Below are positions 16,928-27,100 of a stretch of 64,000 nt of DNA, piece after piece; the stretch's first letter is position 1, and each line of letters begins with the position of its first letter. Below the pieces are notes generated by a model. It was not told where the DNA came from. It saw only the letters and a program-made list of their open reading frames with translations, and did not search any database. Made by a program: the position numbers and the translations under genes. The stretch lies in the sequence record LC819007.1, one strand, 5' to 3'.

Positions 16928-17626
16928 TTACGACGTGAAGGGTGCGCTCGGAGGCGTGAATGCTCCGGTGTAGAGTGCCGTGCCGTTCACAGTGCGAAAC
17001 TCGTCAATGTATCCGTTGTAGTTAAAAGGAGTCCCGGTGGTCGAGAGCGCCCAGTTACCAATCATCATCGGACCCGCTACATTGCCAAAGGTCGCACTGC
17101 TAACACGAGTCCCAGCCGACACTCCGTCTATCCACAGAGTGTAAAGATTGTTCTGCCGTGTGAGCGCAATGTGTTGCCACTGACCCGCTTTGAGACCACC
17201 CGCGTTGACAATCTTGGTGGCGGGTTGCGGCTCCCCATCCAGCTTCAAGTAGGCAGTGCCCTGATAAAACTCCAAATAGGCTGATTGGGCGGTATTGCCA
17301 CTTGTCGCATACTTACAGACTGGCACCGAATCGTAGTTAGTAAAACTAACCAGATATGACCAGAATTCCAACGTGAAGTCGGTGGTGAACCGCAGAGTAG
17401 GATCATCAGGAACAGTGACGCAGCTATTCCAGTTTGGAAGAGCGAGAGATGACCCGCCAAATTTAGACTGAATCGTGCTAAGCGCCGCTCCTGCCGATGC
17501 CGTCAACGGTCGACCACTAACATCAACAATCCCTGTAGAGCCATTCGGTCCGTCCAAATGCAGCAGCATCCGGTTAGGATCTCCGAGCGGTCTGGGTTTT
17601 CCGGTTGCTAAGATGAGTTCAAGCAC
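16928..17626 (-). CDS. LamG/concanavalin-A-like lectin domain virion protein (232 aa)
   Basis: LLHLDG..GST.IVD, SKFGGSS, DFTLEFW, WQHIALTR, GYIDEFR.V.G.ALY...FTPP. Confidence 0.85.
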   Translation of the reverse strand: MLELILATGKPRPLGDPNRMLLHLDGPNGSTGIVDVSGRPLTASAGAALSTIQSKFGGSSLALPNWNSCVTVPDDPTLRFTTDFTLEFWSYLVSFTNYDSVPVCKYATSGNTAQSAYLEFYQGTAYLKLDGEPQPATKIVNAGGLKAGQWQHIALTRQNNLYTLWIDGVSAGTRVSSATFGNVAGPMMIGNWALSTTGTPFNYNGYIDEFRTVNGTALYTGAFTPPSAPFTS

Positions 17627-17635
17627 TAGGGTTCC

Positions 17636-18937
17636 TTAGCTTATTGAGAGAAATTGAGCGGGATCAAGTGCTGTGCCTTTGACCAACCTCACCTTGCGAA
17701 TGTAGCCATTAAAATAGCCACTCGAAATGGTGTCGCCGCTATTACCCAACCAAATGCTGTTTGCAGTCCCAACAATCTTTACCGTTGTCGCAAAGCTGTT
17801 TTCCAGTACTCCGTTCACATACAGTTTTAAGCTACCTGCTTTACGGAGAAGGGCTAGGTGAGTGGGAGAATTATAAGCAATCTGCGAGACGCTAGACATC
17901 ACCGGAAACGTACCGTTGAGTCCAACGTTATAGCGAGTCGAATCGGCACTCTGATGACCTGCAAAAATCGATAGAGAACCGTTAGCCGCCCATGTGCTGT
18001 AATTGCTAAACAGAGCCGGAAAAGATACGGTTCGTGCAACTGGCTTGATCACCATTTCCAGCGTAAAGTCATTCGGAAGAATGAAGTCGGGCTGGGTAGC
18101 GGTCATCGTCACATACTGGGATGAGCCATTCAGCCCAATACCGTTTCCAGCAGTTGCCGCCGCGCCACCAATGCTGGAGACACCGCGAGCGTAGTGGCCG
18201 GCGTCAGTCATCGCACCAGCCATTGCATTGATATCGATCAACGTATCGTAGTGATCGAAAGGAGCGGTGGGTGGAGTAAAATCACCATCGTACAACACTG
18301 CGCCGACAATGCGGGTTTCATCCATGAAACCTGGGAACTGCGAAGCCGTGTTGTATTGGTTACCACCAATAGTCCAGGTTCCGCCAGATAAACCAAAACC
18401 CAGTGCAGAAGTGACAGAGAGTTGCGTCACTCCGTTGATGTAACCGGTATAGACACCGTTCTTCTTGACCACCGCCCAATGATTCCATTGGTTCAGTGGC
18501 CATGAACTGGTGGGTGCGAGGCTACGCCAGCCCGCGCCATCGGTCAGATAGATACCCAGACCCATGTTGCTCTGCTGACCAATCGTTGTCTGATGGGTAC
18601 TGTCGTTAGCCGTCTTACAGCTAAACATTGTGGTATCGCCAAAGCCAGCATTCCGGTATGCCCAGCCTTCGATGGTGAAATTATCCGAAAGTGTGAGCCA
18701 TACACTGGTTGCGATCTGAAGATTTCCGTTGCCCGGATTGAAAGACGAGCCGCCAAACTTGGACTGCGCGGTGCTCAGCGCTGCGGAGCCAGACACGGAC
18801 GTAGTGAGTCCATTGTCTTCCGGAATCGTCGTCGAGCCATTGGTCCCGTCAAAGTGGACCAGCATGAAAGTTTTAAGATCATTCGACGGCGCCACGACCG
18901 CCGGCTTCTTATAAGTAGAGAGAAGAGCTTCGAGCAT
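17636..18937 (-). CDS. Tandem two-LamG-domain virion protein (433 aa)
   Basis: Two LamG motif sets (NFTIEGW/WNHWAVV/GFMDETR and DFTLEM/HLALLR/GYIRKVR); start MLEALL. Confidence 0.85.
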   Translation of the reverse strand: MLEALLSTYKKPAVVAPSNDLKTFMLVHFDGTNGSTTIPEDNGLTTSVSGSAALSTAQSKFGGSSFNPGNGNLQIATSVWLTLSDNFTIEGWAYRNAGFGDTTMFSCKTANDSTHQTTIGQQSNMGLGIYLTDGAGWRSLAPTSSWPLNQWNHWAVVKKNGVYTGYINGVTQLSVTSALGFGLSGGTWTIGGNQYNTASQFPGFMDETRIVGAVLYDGDFTPPTAPFDHYDTLIDINAMAGAMTDAGHYARGVSSIGGAAATAGNGIGLNGSSQYVTMTATQPDFILPNDFTLEMVIKPVARTVSFPALFSNYSTWAANGSLSIFAGHQSADSTRYNVGLNGTFPVMSSVSQIAYNSPTHLALLRKAGSLKLYVNGVLENSFATTVKIVGTANSIWLGNSGDTISSGYFNGYIRKVRLVKGTALDPAQFLSIS

Positions 18938-19024
18938 GTTGGAATAATCCAAGGAATTTAGCCGTACACATACGATTCAGCGGCATAGAGGGCTGGTTTT
19001 CCCAGCCCTCTACACATTTGCTTT

Positions 19025-20035
19025 TTATGTCGTGATCAGTTCCAGCACAGGCCGCCAATACTGCTGCGTGTTATACGCCACAGTGTTGGTCTTGCCCGGA
19101 TGATACGTTGACCCAGATGGAGGCAGATAACCGCGAGTAACGGTTTTCAGGCCAGGGATGAGTTCTTGGTGCAGATTATTTTCATTCACCCCGACGTAGG
19201 CAGCCGAACCATTGAACGCCAGGTTCGCGTCGAACGCACCCCAGTTCTCGCCGCGCTGTGAAGCCGCTGTCCAGGAGAACATCTTCATCATCAGATCGCT
19301 CCATTCCGACCCAACCAGATTAAGCGTTGTGTCGTAGGAGTCGGCTGAGTACCAGGTATTGCCAATCGGCGAGGTGGCGACTGCCGCGGTGTTGCTGTTG
19401 ACAAAATCCGAAGTCAGATCGAAACCCGGCGGCACCGCAGTCGGGAGTCTGACCTTGAACTGCGAGTTCTGAACCGTGATAATGCGTTGCTGATTGACAG
19501 CAGCCAGCGTATTGTAGTCACGCGGACCATTGTCATTCGTACCATACACCAGGCCACCCGCGTACAGAACCGACCACGCAGTAGCACCCACGGGCTGAGT
19601 CGGAATGAACAGCGTCTTGCCTTTATAAGCAAACTTAAACCATTGCGGAGTGGCCCACGTGCTTTTGGTCGGTACGCTCACATTCGACCACGTAATGAAC
19701 GTAGTCCAGTCCATGAAGTCGGTTGCACTCAGCACGCCGTAATAACCCAAATCCTGATCGCCGGCGATCAGAGTCTGTGGACCAGGACCGCTATACGCCG
19801 CGGCCGTTGCCTGGATATTCGGCGTCTTAATGCTGTCCGATCCTTTAAAGACCTCCAACATGTAGTAGTACGTCACGCCAAACAGAATACCGGTGTCGGT
19901 GTAGGTAGTGGCGTTGCCTGCGATGGTGTCGTACACCGCCGGCAGATTCGCCGGGTCGATGGCAGAAGCCGAGCGATATACCCGAACGCCGTCTGCATTC
20001 GGGTTAAGATTTTGCCAGCCAATTTTGATTTGCAT
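19025..20035 (-). CDS. FN3 + conserved virion domain protein, paralog 1 (336 aa)
   Basis: FN3-like W...VYRS...YTDT...YYY N-terminus; GPGPQTL.GD..GYYG, WFKFAYKGKTLFI, WRPVLEL. Confidence 0.8.
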   Translation of the reverse strand: MQIKIGWQNLNPNADGVRVYRSASAIDPANLPAVYDTIAGNATTYTDTGILFGVTYYYMLEVFKGSDSIKTPNIQATAAAYSGPGPQTLIAGDQDLGYYGVLSATDFMDWTTFITWSNVSVPTKSTWATPQWFKFAYKGKTLFIPTQPVGATAWSVLYAGGLVYGTNDNGPRDYNTLAAVNQQRIITVQNSQFKVRLPTAVPPGFDLTSDFVNSNTAAVATSPIGNTWYSADSYDTTLNLVGSEWSDLMMKMFSWTAASQRGENWGAFDANLAFNGSAAYVGVNENNLHQELIPGLKTVTRGYLPPSGSTYHPGKTNTVAYNTQQYWRPVLELITT

Positions 20036-20056
20036 GGTAAAGCTACCTTAAATTCG

Positions 20057-21073
20057 TTAGAGCACCAATTCCATCACCGGACGCCAGCCACCGTAGAGAA
20101 TCACTCCCGACGTGTTGTTCACCGTAACCGTCACGTTTGGCGCAGTGGTCGTACAGGCAGAGTAACAGCCAGGATTCCACCCTGCGCCAGCGGTGCTGAT
20201 TCGACCACCGCGAACTGGAACGATGGTGTTTGCCATCAGCGGCGCTTGCTGACACATATCGCCGAGCGCTACGCCAGAAGCGTAGGGACCAAATTCATCG
20301 CGCAGATTAGTGAAAGTGCCGTACGCTTTGTCGCCAGTCCAGCGCAATGAATACGCACCTACAGTGCTCACAACGGCACCACAGATGTCATCGTACTCGC
20401 TGGCCATCGGTGCAGCCAGCAACGAGTTTCCGAGACCTAGCCCGGGGGCTGCATTCTGGGTCGCAGGCAATCCCTGAAGCATGCGAGGAATATACGAGAA
20501 CCCGCCAATAGTCATCGGCTTGTACTGGTTGGTTGCTGTTCCGCCGCTCGGGACAATCAAGCCATTGTCGTTGGTGCCGTACACGAGACCAAGACCGTAC
20601 AGGGTATTGTAGGTAATGCCGAAACGCGCAGCGTTTTTGGCAATAAACAATACCTTGCCCTTGTAGGCCATCTTGATCCAGTCTTTGTCAGGCGGTGAAC
20701 TGCCGGCCAAGGTAAGCGCAGTGCCCAGATTAGCGTAGGTAATAAAGTCAGCCGAGCGCACCGGACCAAAATAGCCGTAGTCCCAATCACCCGCCTGCAG
20801 TGTTTGCGGACCCGGACCCGTGTCTGCCGGAGCCACCGCACGGATCACGATATTCTTGGTGAGGACAATGTCCGTGCCTTTAACACTACCGATGCGATAG
20901 TAATACTTCGTCCCACGCACCGCTGTGGTATCGACGTAAGTGTTAGCACCTGCGGCGACCGAAGCGAGCGGAGTCGGTAAGGGCGTATCGGGAATCGGAC
21001 TGGTATCGCGGTACACATTCACGCTATCTTCCAGTCCGGTGTTGTAGTTGTTCCAATTGAGAGTGAGATTCAT
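20057..21073 (-). CDS. FN3 + conserved virion domain protein, paralog 2 (338 aa)
   Basis: Same motifs (GPGPQTLQAGD, WIKMAYKGKVLFI, WRPVMEL). Confidence 0.8.
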   Translation of the reverse strand: MNLTLNWNNYNTGLEDSVNVYRDTSPIPDTPLPTPLASVAAGANTYVDTTAVRGTKYYYRIGSVKGTDIVLTKNIVIRAVAPADTGPGPQTLQAGDWDYGYFGPVRSADFITYANLGTALTLAGSSPPDKDWIKMAYKGKVLFIAKNAARFGITYNTLYGLGLVYGTNDNGLIVPSGGTATNQYKPMTIGGFSYIPRMLQGLPATQNAAPGLGLGNSLLAAPMASEYDDICGAVVSTVGAYSLRWTGDKAYGTFTNLRDEFGPYASGVALGDMCQQAPLMANTIVPVRGGRISTAGAGWNPGCYSACTTTAPNVTVTVNNTSGVILYGGWRPVMELVL

Positions 21074-21086
21074 GCTTAACTCGTAC

Positions 21087-22082
21087 TTATGGGTTAAAGG
21101 TGGCGGTTATCGCGCTTACCGGTCGCTGGTTAGCGTTAGCCGGCACCGGGAGGCTCAGTCGCGTGATCCCAGTCAATGCAGACATAACCGTACCTACTGA
21201 GCGCTGTGCAGTTGTTTTAGGCACGCCTGCAGTCAGACGTTGAACGTTGGTCAGATCTCCCGCACCGGTCACGCTCGGTCCGCCATAACCGGATCGGAAA
21301 CCAGACGGAATAACAAAAGTATTACGGAAAGCGAACAGGTCGTTCGGCATCACTAATTCCAACACCGGGCGCCAAGCCATCAGCGCATTAGTGTTAGTCT
21401 TAAGAATAGACTGATACGAATTAATCGTACCGTTACCGCGACCCACGTAAGAGGTTGTGGCCGACGACATGGACTCGCGCGTGATATCCCAATTACTGGC
21501 GGTCATGCCCAAGTCCAGACCTGCTTGATAATTCGCCCAACGATCTGCGGGATAGTTAGCAACCGCTATAGAGGCTACGCGGTAGAGCAAGTCCGTCCAC
21601 ATCGATGCACGGACGGTGGTTTCATTTTGCGTTGAAGTGGTTGCATTAATCAACGTAGGATCAACTGCATCACCTGTGATTGTCTGGACTTTAAAGCGGT
21701 ACGGCCCTGTAGTCGCAAAGGTGAGTTGATTGACTGGCGCGCCATTGTTATACGTGCCGGTATCGTCTCGACCGTAAATAGCGCCCAGCCCATAAAGCGC
21801 ATTCCAAGAAATGCCGGTGATCATCGGCTTCTTGGCAATAAACAGATAACGCCCTTTGTAAGCGAACTTAAGCCAGGTAGCGCCATTGACCTGAGTGTAG
21901 CCCACCATGCCGCCTAACTGGGCAGCTAGCCCTGTAGAGCTGAGTAAGTCGCTCGAATTCACCTCACCAAAGAAACCAAGGGTTTGGTCACCGAACAACA
22001 TCTGCTGCGGACCGGGGCCGGAGTCGAGATAAACAGGTTTATTCCCCGCGCCTCCGCCACTCATTAAAAGTAATTCTAACAT
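21087..22082 (-). CDS. Virion protein of the same family, lacking FN3, with MLELLL N-terminus (331 aa)
   Basis: GPGPQQMLFGD, WLKFAYKGRYLFI, WRPVLEL plus C-terminal extension. Confidence 0.8.
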   Translation of the reverse strand: MLELLLMSGGGAGNKPVYLDSGPGPQQMLFGDQTLGFFGEVNSSDLLSSTGLAAQLGGMVGYTQVNGATWLKFAYKGRYLFIAKKPMITGISWNALYGLGAIYGRDDTGTYNNGAPVNQLTFATTGPYRFKVQTITGDAVDPTLINATTSTQNETTVRASMWTDLLYRVASIAVANYPADRWANYQAGLDLGMTASNWDITRESMSSATTSYVGRGNGTINSYQSILKTNTNALMAWRPVLELVMPNDLFAFRNTFVIPSGFRSGYGGPSVTGAGDLTNVQRLTAGVPKTTAQRSVGTVMSALTGITRLSLPVPANANQRPVSAITATFNP

Positions 22083-22158
22083 GGGACTCCCCCAAAAGCT
22101 TACATAGCATTTACAACAGCATAAAGACCGGGGCTGCCCCGGTCCCCACGCGTGAGTC

Positions 22159-23316
22159 TTACTGCAGGATTTCCTTCAACGTGCTATCGGCCAACGCCAA
22201 CCCAGTTACCGTCTTCAGCGTATCGAAGTTGGTGCCGTCATTGCTACCCTGAATCACAAGGCTGGAAGGCTGTTGGCTCGCACCAGTGAGTGCCGCAATC
22301 TTGATCGAGTCAAACGACCGCGCTTGTCCCAGATCCACCATCCACCAGTGCGGTGGTGTCTGACTTCCGGATGACCAGCGATGTTCAGGAAGCCCGTCGA
22401 TGATGCCGTCGATTGCATTGCCTGGCGCTTGTGGAAGCCCGGTCAGGGTATAGTAGCTGCTGGCCGTGGCGACAGTGCCGCTCTTGGTACACCAGTTCGT
22501 ACCGCTACCCGAGTCGAGAACCTGCACCTCACTCAGTGTACCGTATCCACCACCGATCGGCGCAATGCTGTTCAATCGAACATAGCGATACGAGCCCGAG
22601 TTCGGGAACGAGGTCGGCGGCGTGAACGATGCATTGGTGTAACGCGCAATCCCGTTGGTAAGACGGAAAGCATCTATCAGACCCGGAAAGGAGAAACCTC
22701 CGCCACCAGTACGCGCGCCTACCGTTGGCTTATAACCGCTGTACCACGGCACAGCCACACCGGAACCAATACTGCCCTGAGCGATACGAACACCGTCCAG
22801 ATATATCCAGATCGTCGCACCCTGTCTAACCGCCGCGATGTGTGACCAGACGTTTTGCGTCATGGAAACGGATGCAGAGGTCAGATCCAGCAACGTCCCA
22901 GAGTCCCCACGGATCAAAACTCGTGGCTTGGCTCCAGAGGCAATGTTACCGAGCAACTCGAATGAAAAGATTTGCTGGTTGCCCGCAGTCTCGCCCTGGT
23001 AGTAGATGCCACAATCGTTACTCGTGGGGATGTCCGAAATCCGATTAACGATGGCTTCAATCGTCCAGTCATTGGTGCCGAGGTTAAACTCGCTGGCATT
23101 GGGCGTGTTGTAGTTCGAGAGCGAACTCCGGAAGTCAACTGCCGTGCCGTGCGTGTCTGTAACAAAGGAAGGAGAACCTCCCGCAGTCATCGCGTGACCT
23201 TTTACATCGGTGCCGTTGCCATTAAACTGCATCAACAACTTGACGTACGAGAAATAGGGATCGGCTGGCGCAATCGATACGCCAGGAGGCTTCCCGCCCA
23301 ACAAAAATTCCAACAT
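22159..23316 (-). CDS. LamG + discoidin (F5/8 type C) carbohydrate-binding virion protein (385 aa)
   Basis: LamG motifs then ASSYY...NAIDG...WSS...WWMVDLG; start MLEFLL. Confidence 0.8.
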   Translation of the reverse strand: MLEFLLGGKPPGVSIAPADPYFSYVKLLMQFNGNGTDVKGHAMTAGGSPSFVTDTHGTAVDFRSSLSNYNTPNASEFNLGTNDWTIEAIVNRISDIPTSNDCGIYYQGETAGNQQIFSFELLGNIASGAKPRVLIRGDSGTLLDLTSASVSMTQNVWSHIAAVRQGATIWIYLDGVRIAQGSIGSGVAVPWYSGYKPTVGARTGGGGFSFPGLIDAFRLTNGIARYTNASFTPPTSFPNSGSYRYVRLNSIAPIGGGYGTLSEVQVLDSGSGTNWCTKSGTVATASSYYTLTGLPQAPGNAIDGIIDGLPEHRWSSGSQTPPHWWMVDLGQARSFDSIKIAALTGASQQPSSLVIQGSNDGTNFDTLKTVTGLALADSTLKEILQ

Positions 23317-23397
23317 AGCGAGCACCGGCTAGAAATATTCACATAGGATTTGCGTCATAAAAGCCGGGGTCTCCCCCGGCCCTTATGCCGTCAAACC

Positions 23398-24051
23398 TTA
23401 GACGGTCAGCTCAGCCGGAATGGTCGGCAGCTCTGCGAGAGTCGTGGCGTTGTCGATCTGTTCCTTCAGTGCCCAGCTCGCGCCGTACACTGCGGACACG
23501 CGCTGGAAGGCCGCGTTCGACATGGCAACCACGCCATTGGCCGAAACCTGCACGACCTTGTTTTCCAGCGTACGGAAAGGCAGCAACGCATCGCCCTGAC
23601 CAGCTGCGATCATGCCATCGGCCGTCACGCGCAGGCCCGTGATGTTGATACAGTCACGGTCACGCAGCTGCACGCCTTGTACGCCATCTTCGCCACCGAA
23701 GTCGTACTGGAAGCCGTTAGCCAGCGTGGTGTCGCGCAGAGTATCGACTTGCGCCGACAGCGTCGGTTTCTGAGCTGCGAGTTGAGCTGCGAGTTCGTCC
23801 GCGGAGAAAGCACGGGCAGTCCATTGCTGGGTCCACACGCCTTCCACTTGAACCGGCGCTGCTTCGGCCACCACGTCGCCCGTCGGTTGAGCGGTCGGAG
23901 CAACCACAGCGTAGCCGAGGTCTTCGATGATCGTTTCATCGGGTTCCGCAGCAAAGCTGGTGTTCGGATTGTCCTGGCGGATCTTGAACAACGACACCGG
24001 ATAGTCCAGTGTGTCGACCTTGATCAGCAAGGTGCTTGCAGTGATGTTCAT
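23398..24051 (-). CDS. Tail fibre assembly chaperone (DUF4376-like, 217 aa)
   Basis: N-terminal YPVS..IRQDNPNTSF motif; C-terminal RD..L..GF...VQLRDRD..NI, W.LKEQI..A. Confidence 0.75.
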   Translation of the reverse strand: MNITASTLLIKVDTLDYPVSLFKIRQDNPNTSFAAEPDETIIEDLGYAVVAPTAQPTGDVVAEAAPVQVEGVWTQQWTARAFSADELAAQLAAQKPTLSAQVDTLRDTTLANGFQYDFGGEDGVQGVQLRDRDCINITGLRVTADGMIAAGQGDALLPFRTLENKVVQVSANGVVAMSNAAFQRVSAVYGASWALKEQIDNATTLAELPTIPAELTV

Positions 24052-24102
24052 CTCTTTATTCCTGATGGGTGCGGGGCGAGCCGAAGCCCGCCCCTAGGTT
24101 AC

Positions 24103-27100
24103 TTAGGCAGTTGCGCCCACCGAGCCCGTCCACTTCGTACCATCCCAGAGCAGGATGACGTTGGTGTACGTTGCGCCCAGCGTCGGAGCCGTACCGCCGC
24201 TCCAGCTGATGGTCGGCCAGGTGATCGCTGCGGCATTACCCGTCACGCACACCACAACCGTCATCGCACGGTTGGCACCCGGTGCGTTAGCAAACGCGAG
24301 AGTCTTGGCCGTAGCCGCGCTCACCGTGAATGCCTGGTTCGCAGCCAGGTCCAGCGTCGCCGTTGCAGCAGCAATCGGCAAGTCGTAACGGTCCAGGCGC
24401 TTCAGACCGATCGTCGTAGTGCCGTTGTTATACGCAACGTAGTACGAGCTGTCGTTCGGCGCCAGCGGTGACGTGAGGCCAGCGAGGTCAACCCAGTTGC
24501 CACCCTTCTGCACGTAAGCCTTGGAATCGTTCGGTGCAGCCACCGCAGTGAGCGTCGACAGATCCGTCCAGTTACCACCCTTTTGAACGTAGGCTTTGGC
24601 GTCATTGGGAGCAATCGCTGCCAGCAACGTCGAAGCATCGGTCCAGTTGCCGCCCTTCTGAACATACGCTTTCGTGTCGTTCGGAGCAGCAACAGCGGTC
24701 AGTGTGGAAAGATCCACCCAGTTACCGCCCTTCTGGGCGTAGGCCTTCGTGTCGTTCGGGGCTTTCGCGGCAGCCAGCGTAGCGAGGTCCGTCCAGTTAC
24801 CGCCGGATTGGACATACGCCTTGGCATCGTTCGGTGCCTGAGCTTGCTGCACCCATGCGCCATCCTTACGGATGTACACACCGTGATCCAGCGGAGCCTC
24901 ACCCACGACCGGTGCCGGCAGCGGCACCCATGCGCCGTTCTCACGAACGTACATGGTGTCGTCGAGGTTGGCGTCGTACACGTTACCGCCACCCAAGAAG
25001 CCGAGCCAGCTCCAGGCCACCGTGGTGGTTTTCTGGAAGAAGCGCAGCGTCGAGCTGTTGAGGAAGTAGTCGCCCACCACCCCGTCAGCCGGGTTCGGAT
25101 CGCGACCGAGCACAATCCAGCGCGTGCCTTGGTCACCACGATCACCCTTCAGACCCTGGATACCCTGTACGCCCTGCAGACCTTGCAAGCCCTGCAGACC
25201 GCGATCACCCTTGGGACCCTGAATCAGACCCACATCGATGAACGCCGTGCCCGTCCACGCCCAACCATGCAGCGTGTCGGAAGCGATGTACATGTCGCCA
25301 GCGTTGGTCGCCGAACCCGGCAGAGCCGAGCTGGTAGCCACCGTACCGAGGATCTTCACGCCCGGGCCCATTGCACCCGTATCGCCTTGGTCGCCCTTGT
25401 CGCCCTTGTCGCCTTTCAGACCTTGAATACCCTGGATACCTTGCAGACCTTGGTCGCCTTGCAAACCTTGCAGACCCTGATCGCCCTGGTCACCCTTCCA
25501 TTGACCTGCGTCAACCCAGACCGTACCGTTCCACGACCAGAGATGACCTGCTACCGTCCAGGCGTCGCCTGCGGTGTTGCCAGTAGCCGGAAGACTGCCA
25601 GTATCGGGCTTGGTGCCGAGGACCTTGACGTTGGCACCAGTATCACCCTTGTCGCCCTTATCCCCCTTCACGCCTTGGATACCTTGAATGCCTTGGAGAC
25701 CGGTGTTACCCGTGTCACCCTTATCACCCTTGTCTCCTTTAACGCCTTGAATACCCTGCAGACCCTGATCGCCCTTCGGACCTTGAATCATGCCGAGGTC
25801 TTCGAACGCAGCACCCGTCCAGCCCCAGAAATGGCCCTGGATCAGGTAACCATCACCAATGGCTTCGGTGGTGTGTGCGGGCAGCTGCGAGGAATCCGCA
25901 AACGTACCGAGAATTTTGATACCCGGGCCAAGGTCACCCTTCACACCTTGAACACCCTGAATACCCTGAATCCCTTGGATACCCTGGTCGCCCTTGTCTC
26001 CCTTATCGCCTTTATCGCCCTTGACACCCTGAATACCTTGGATGCCTTGGTCACCCTTCGGACCGATGAACGGACCGAGATCCTGCCACGCATTGCTGGA
26101 GAACAGGAACAGGTGCGTGCCGGCGATGTACGCGGTTTGATCCGGAGGCGTAGCGGGCAACGAAGCTTGATCTGCCACCGTGCCCGTGATCACGAGACCA
26201 CGACCGGTCGGACCCGTCAGACCCGTGTCGCCCTTTGCGCCCTTGAGCGAAGCGAGCCACTGAGTCTGCGTACCCACGAAGCCGTTGTCGACTGCCGTCT
26301 GGTAAGCCGAATCACCTGCCACACCTTGGAGCGACGCAAGCCATTGTGCTTGCGTACCGACAAAGCCACCAGCCACTGCCGCCGTATAAGCGGAGTCGCC
26401 GTTTGCACCCTTGTCGCCGGTGTCTCCCTTGACACCTTGGACACCCTGCACACCTTGCAAGCCTTGCGGACCTTGCACGGGACCCACGTCGATGAACGCG
26501 GAACCGGTCCATGCCCAGCCGTGGAGCGTATCCAGGGCAATGTACATGTCGCCAGCCGTACCCGAGCTGCCCGGGAGTGCTGCGCTGTTGGCAACGGTGC
26601 CCAGGATTTTCACGCCAGGACCCATCGGGCCGACGTTACCTTGATCACCCTTATCACCCTTCGGACCTTGCGGACCGACGAGCGTGGCCAACCAGGCCGA
26701 TTGCGAACCGACGAAGCCGCTGTCCAGCGCGAGCTGATACGCCGTCTTACCGACCAGCGATTGCAGCCAGGCAGCCTGCGTGCCAACGAAACCATTCGCC
26801 TGAGCGACTTGGTAGGCGGTCTTACCGTTGAGCGACGTGATCCACTGCGAAAGCGTCATCGTGCCCGGGATCAGACCGGCATCCTTCGCGAGCTGGTAGG
26901 CCGACTTACCATCCGGACCCACTTGACCCACCGGCACCCAGCTCGTGCCGTCCCACACCCACATCACTGCATCGATGATGAACGCGTCACCTGCGGTGTT
27001 GCCTTCCGGACCCGGGGGGAGATCACCCACCGTCTGGAACGAACCCAGCACTTTCAGGCCGATACCATCCGAACCGTGAAGCGAATCCATCCAGTCTTGT

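Noticed and set aside
16928-23316. Diversity-generating retroelement acting on LamG/fibre tips
   Set aside because: No reverse transcriptase and no TR/VR pair differing at adenines seen in the window.
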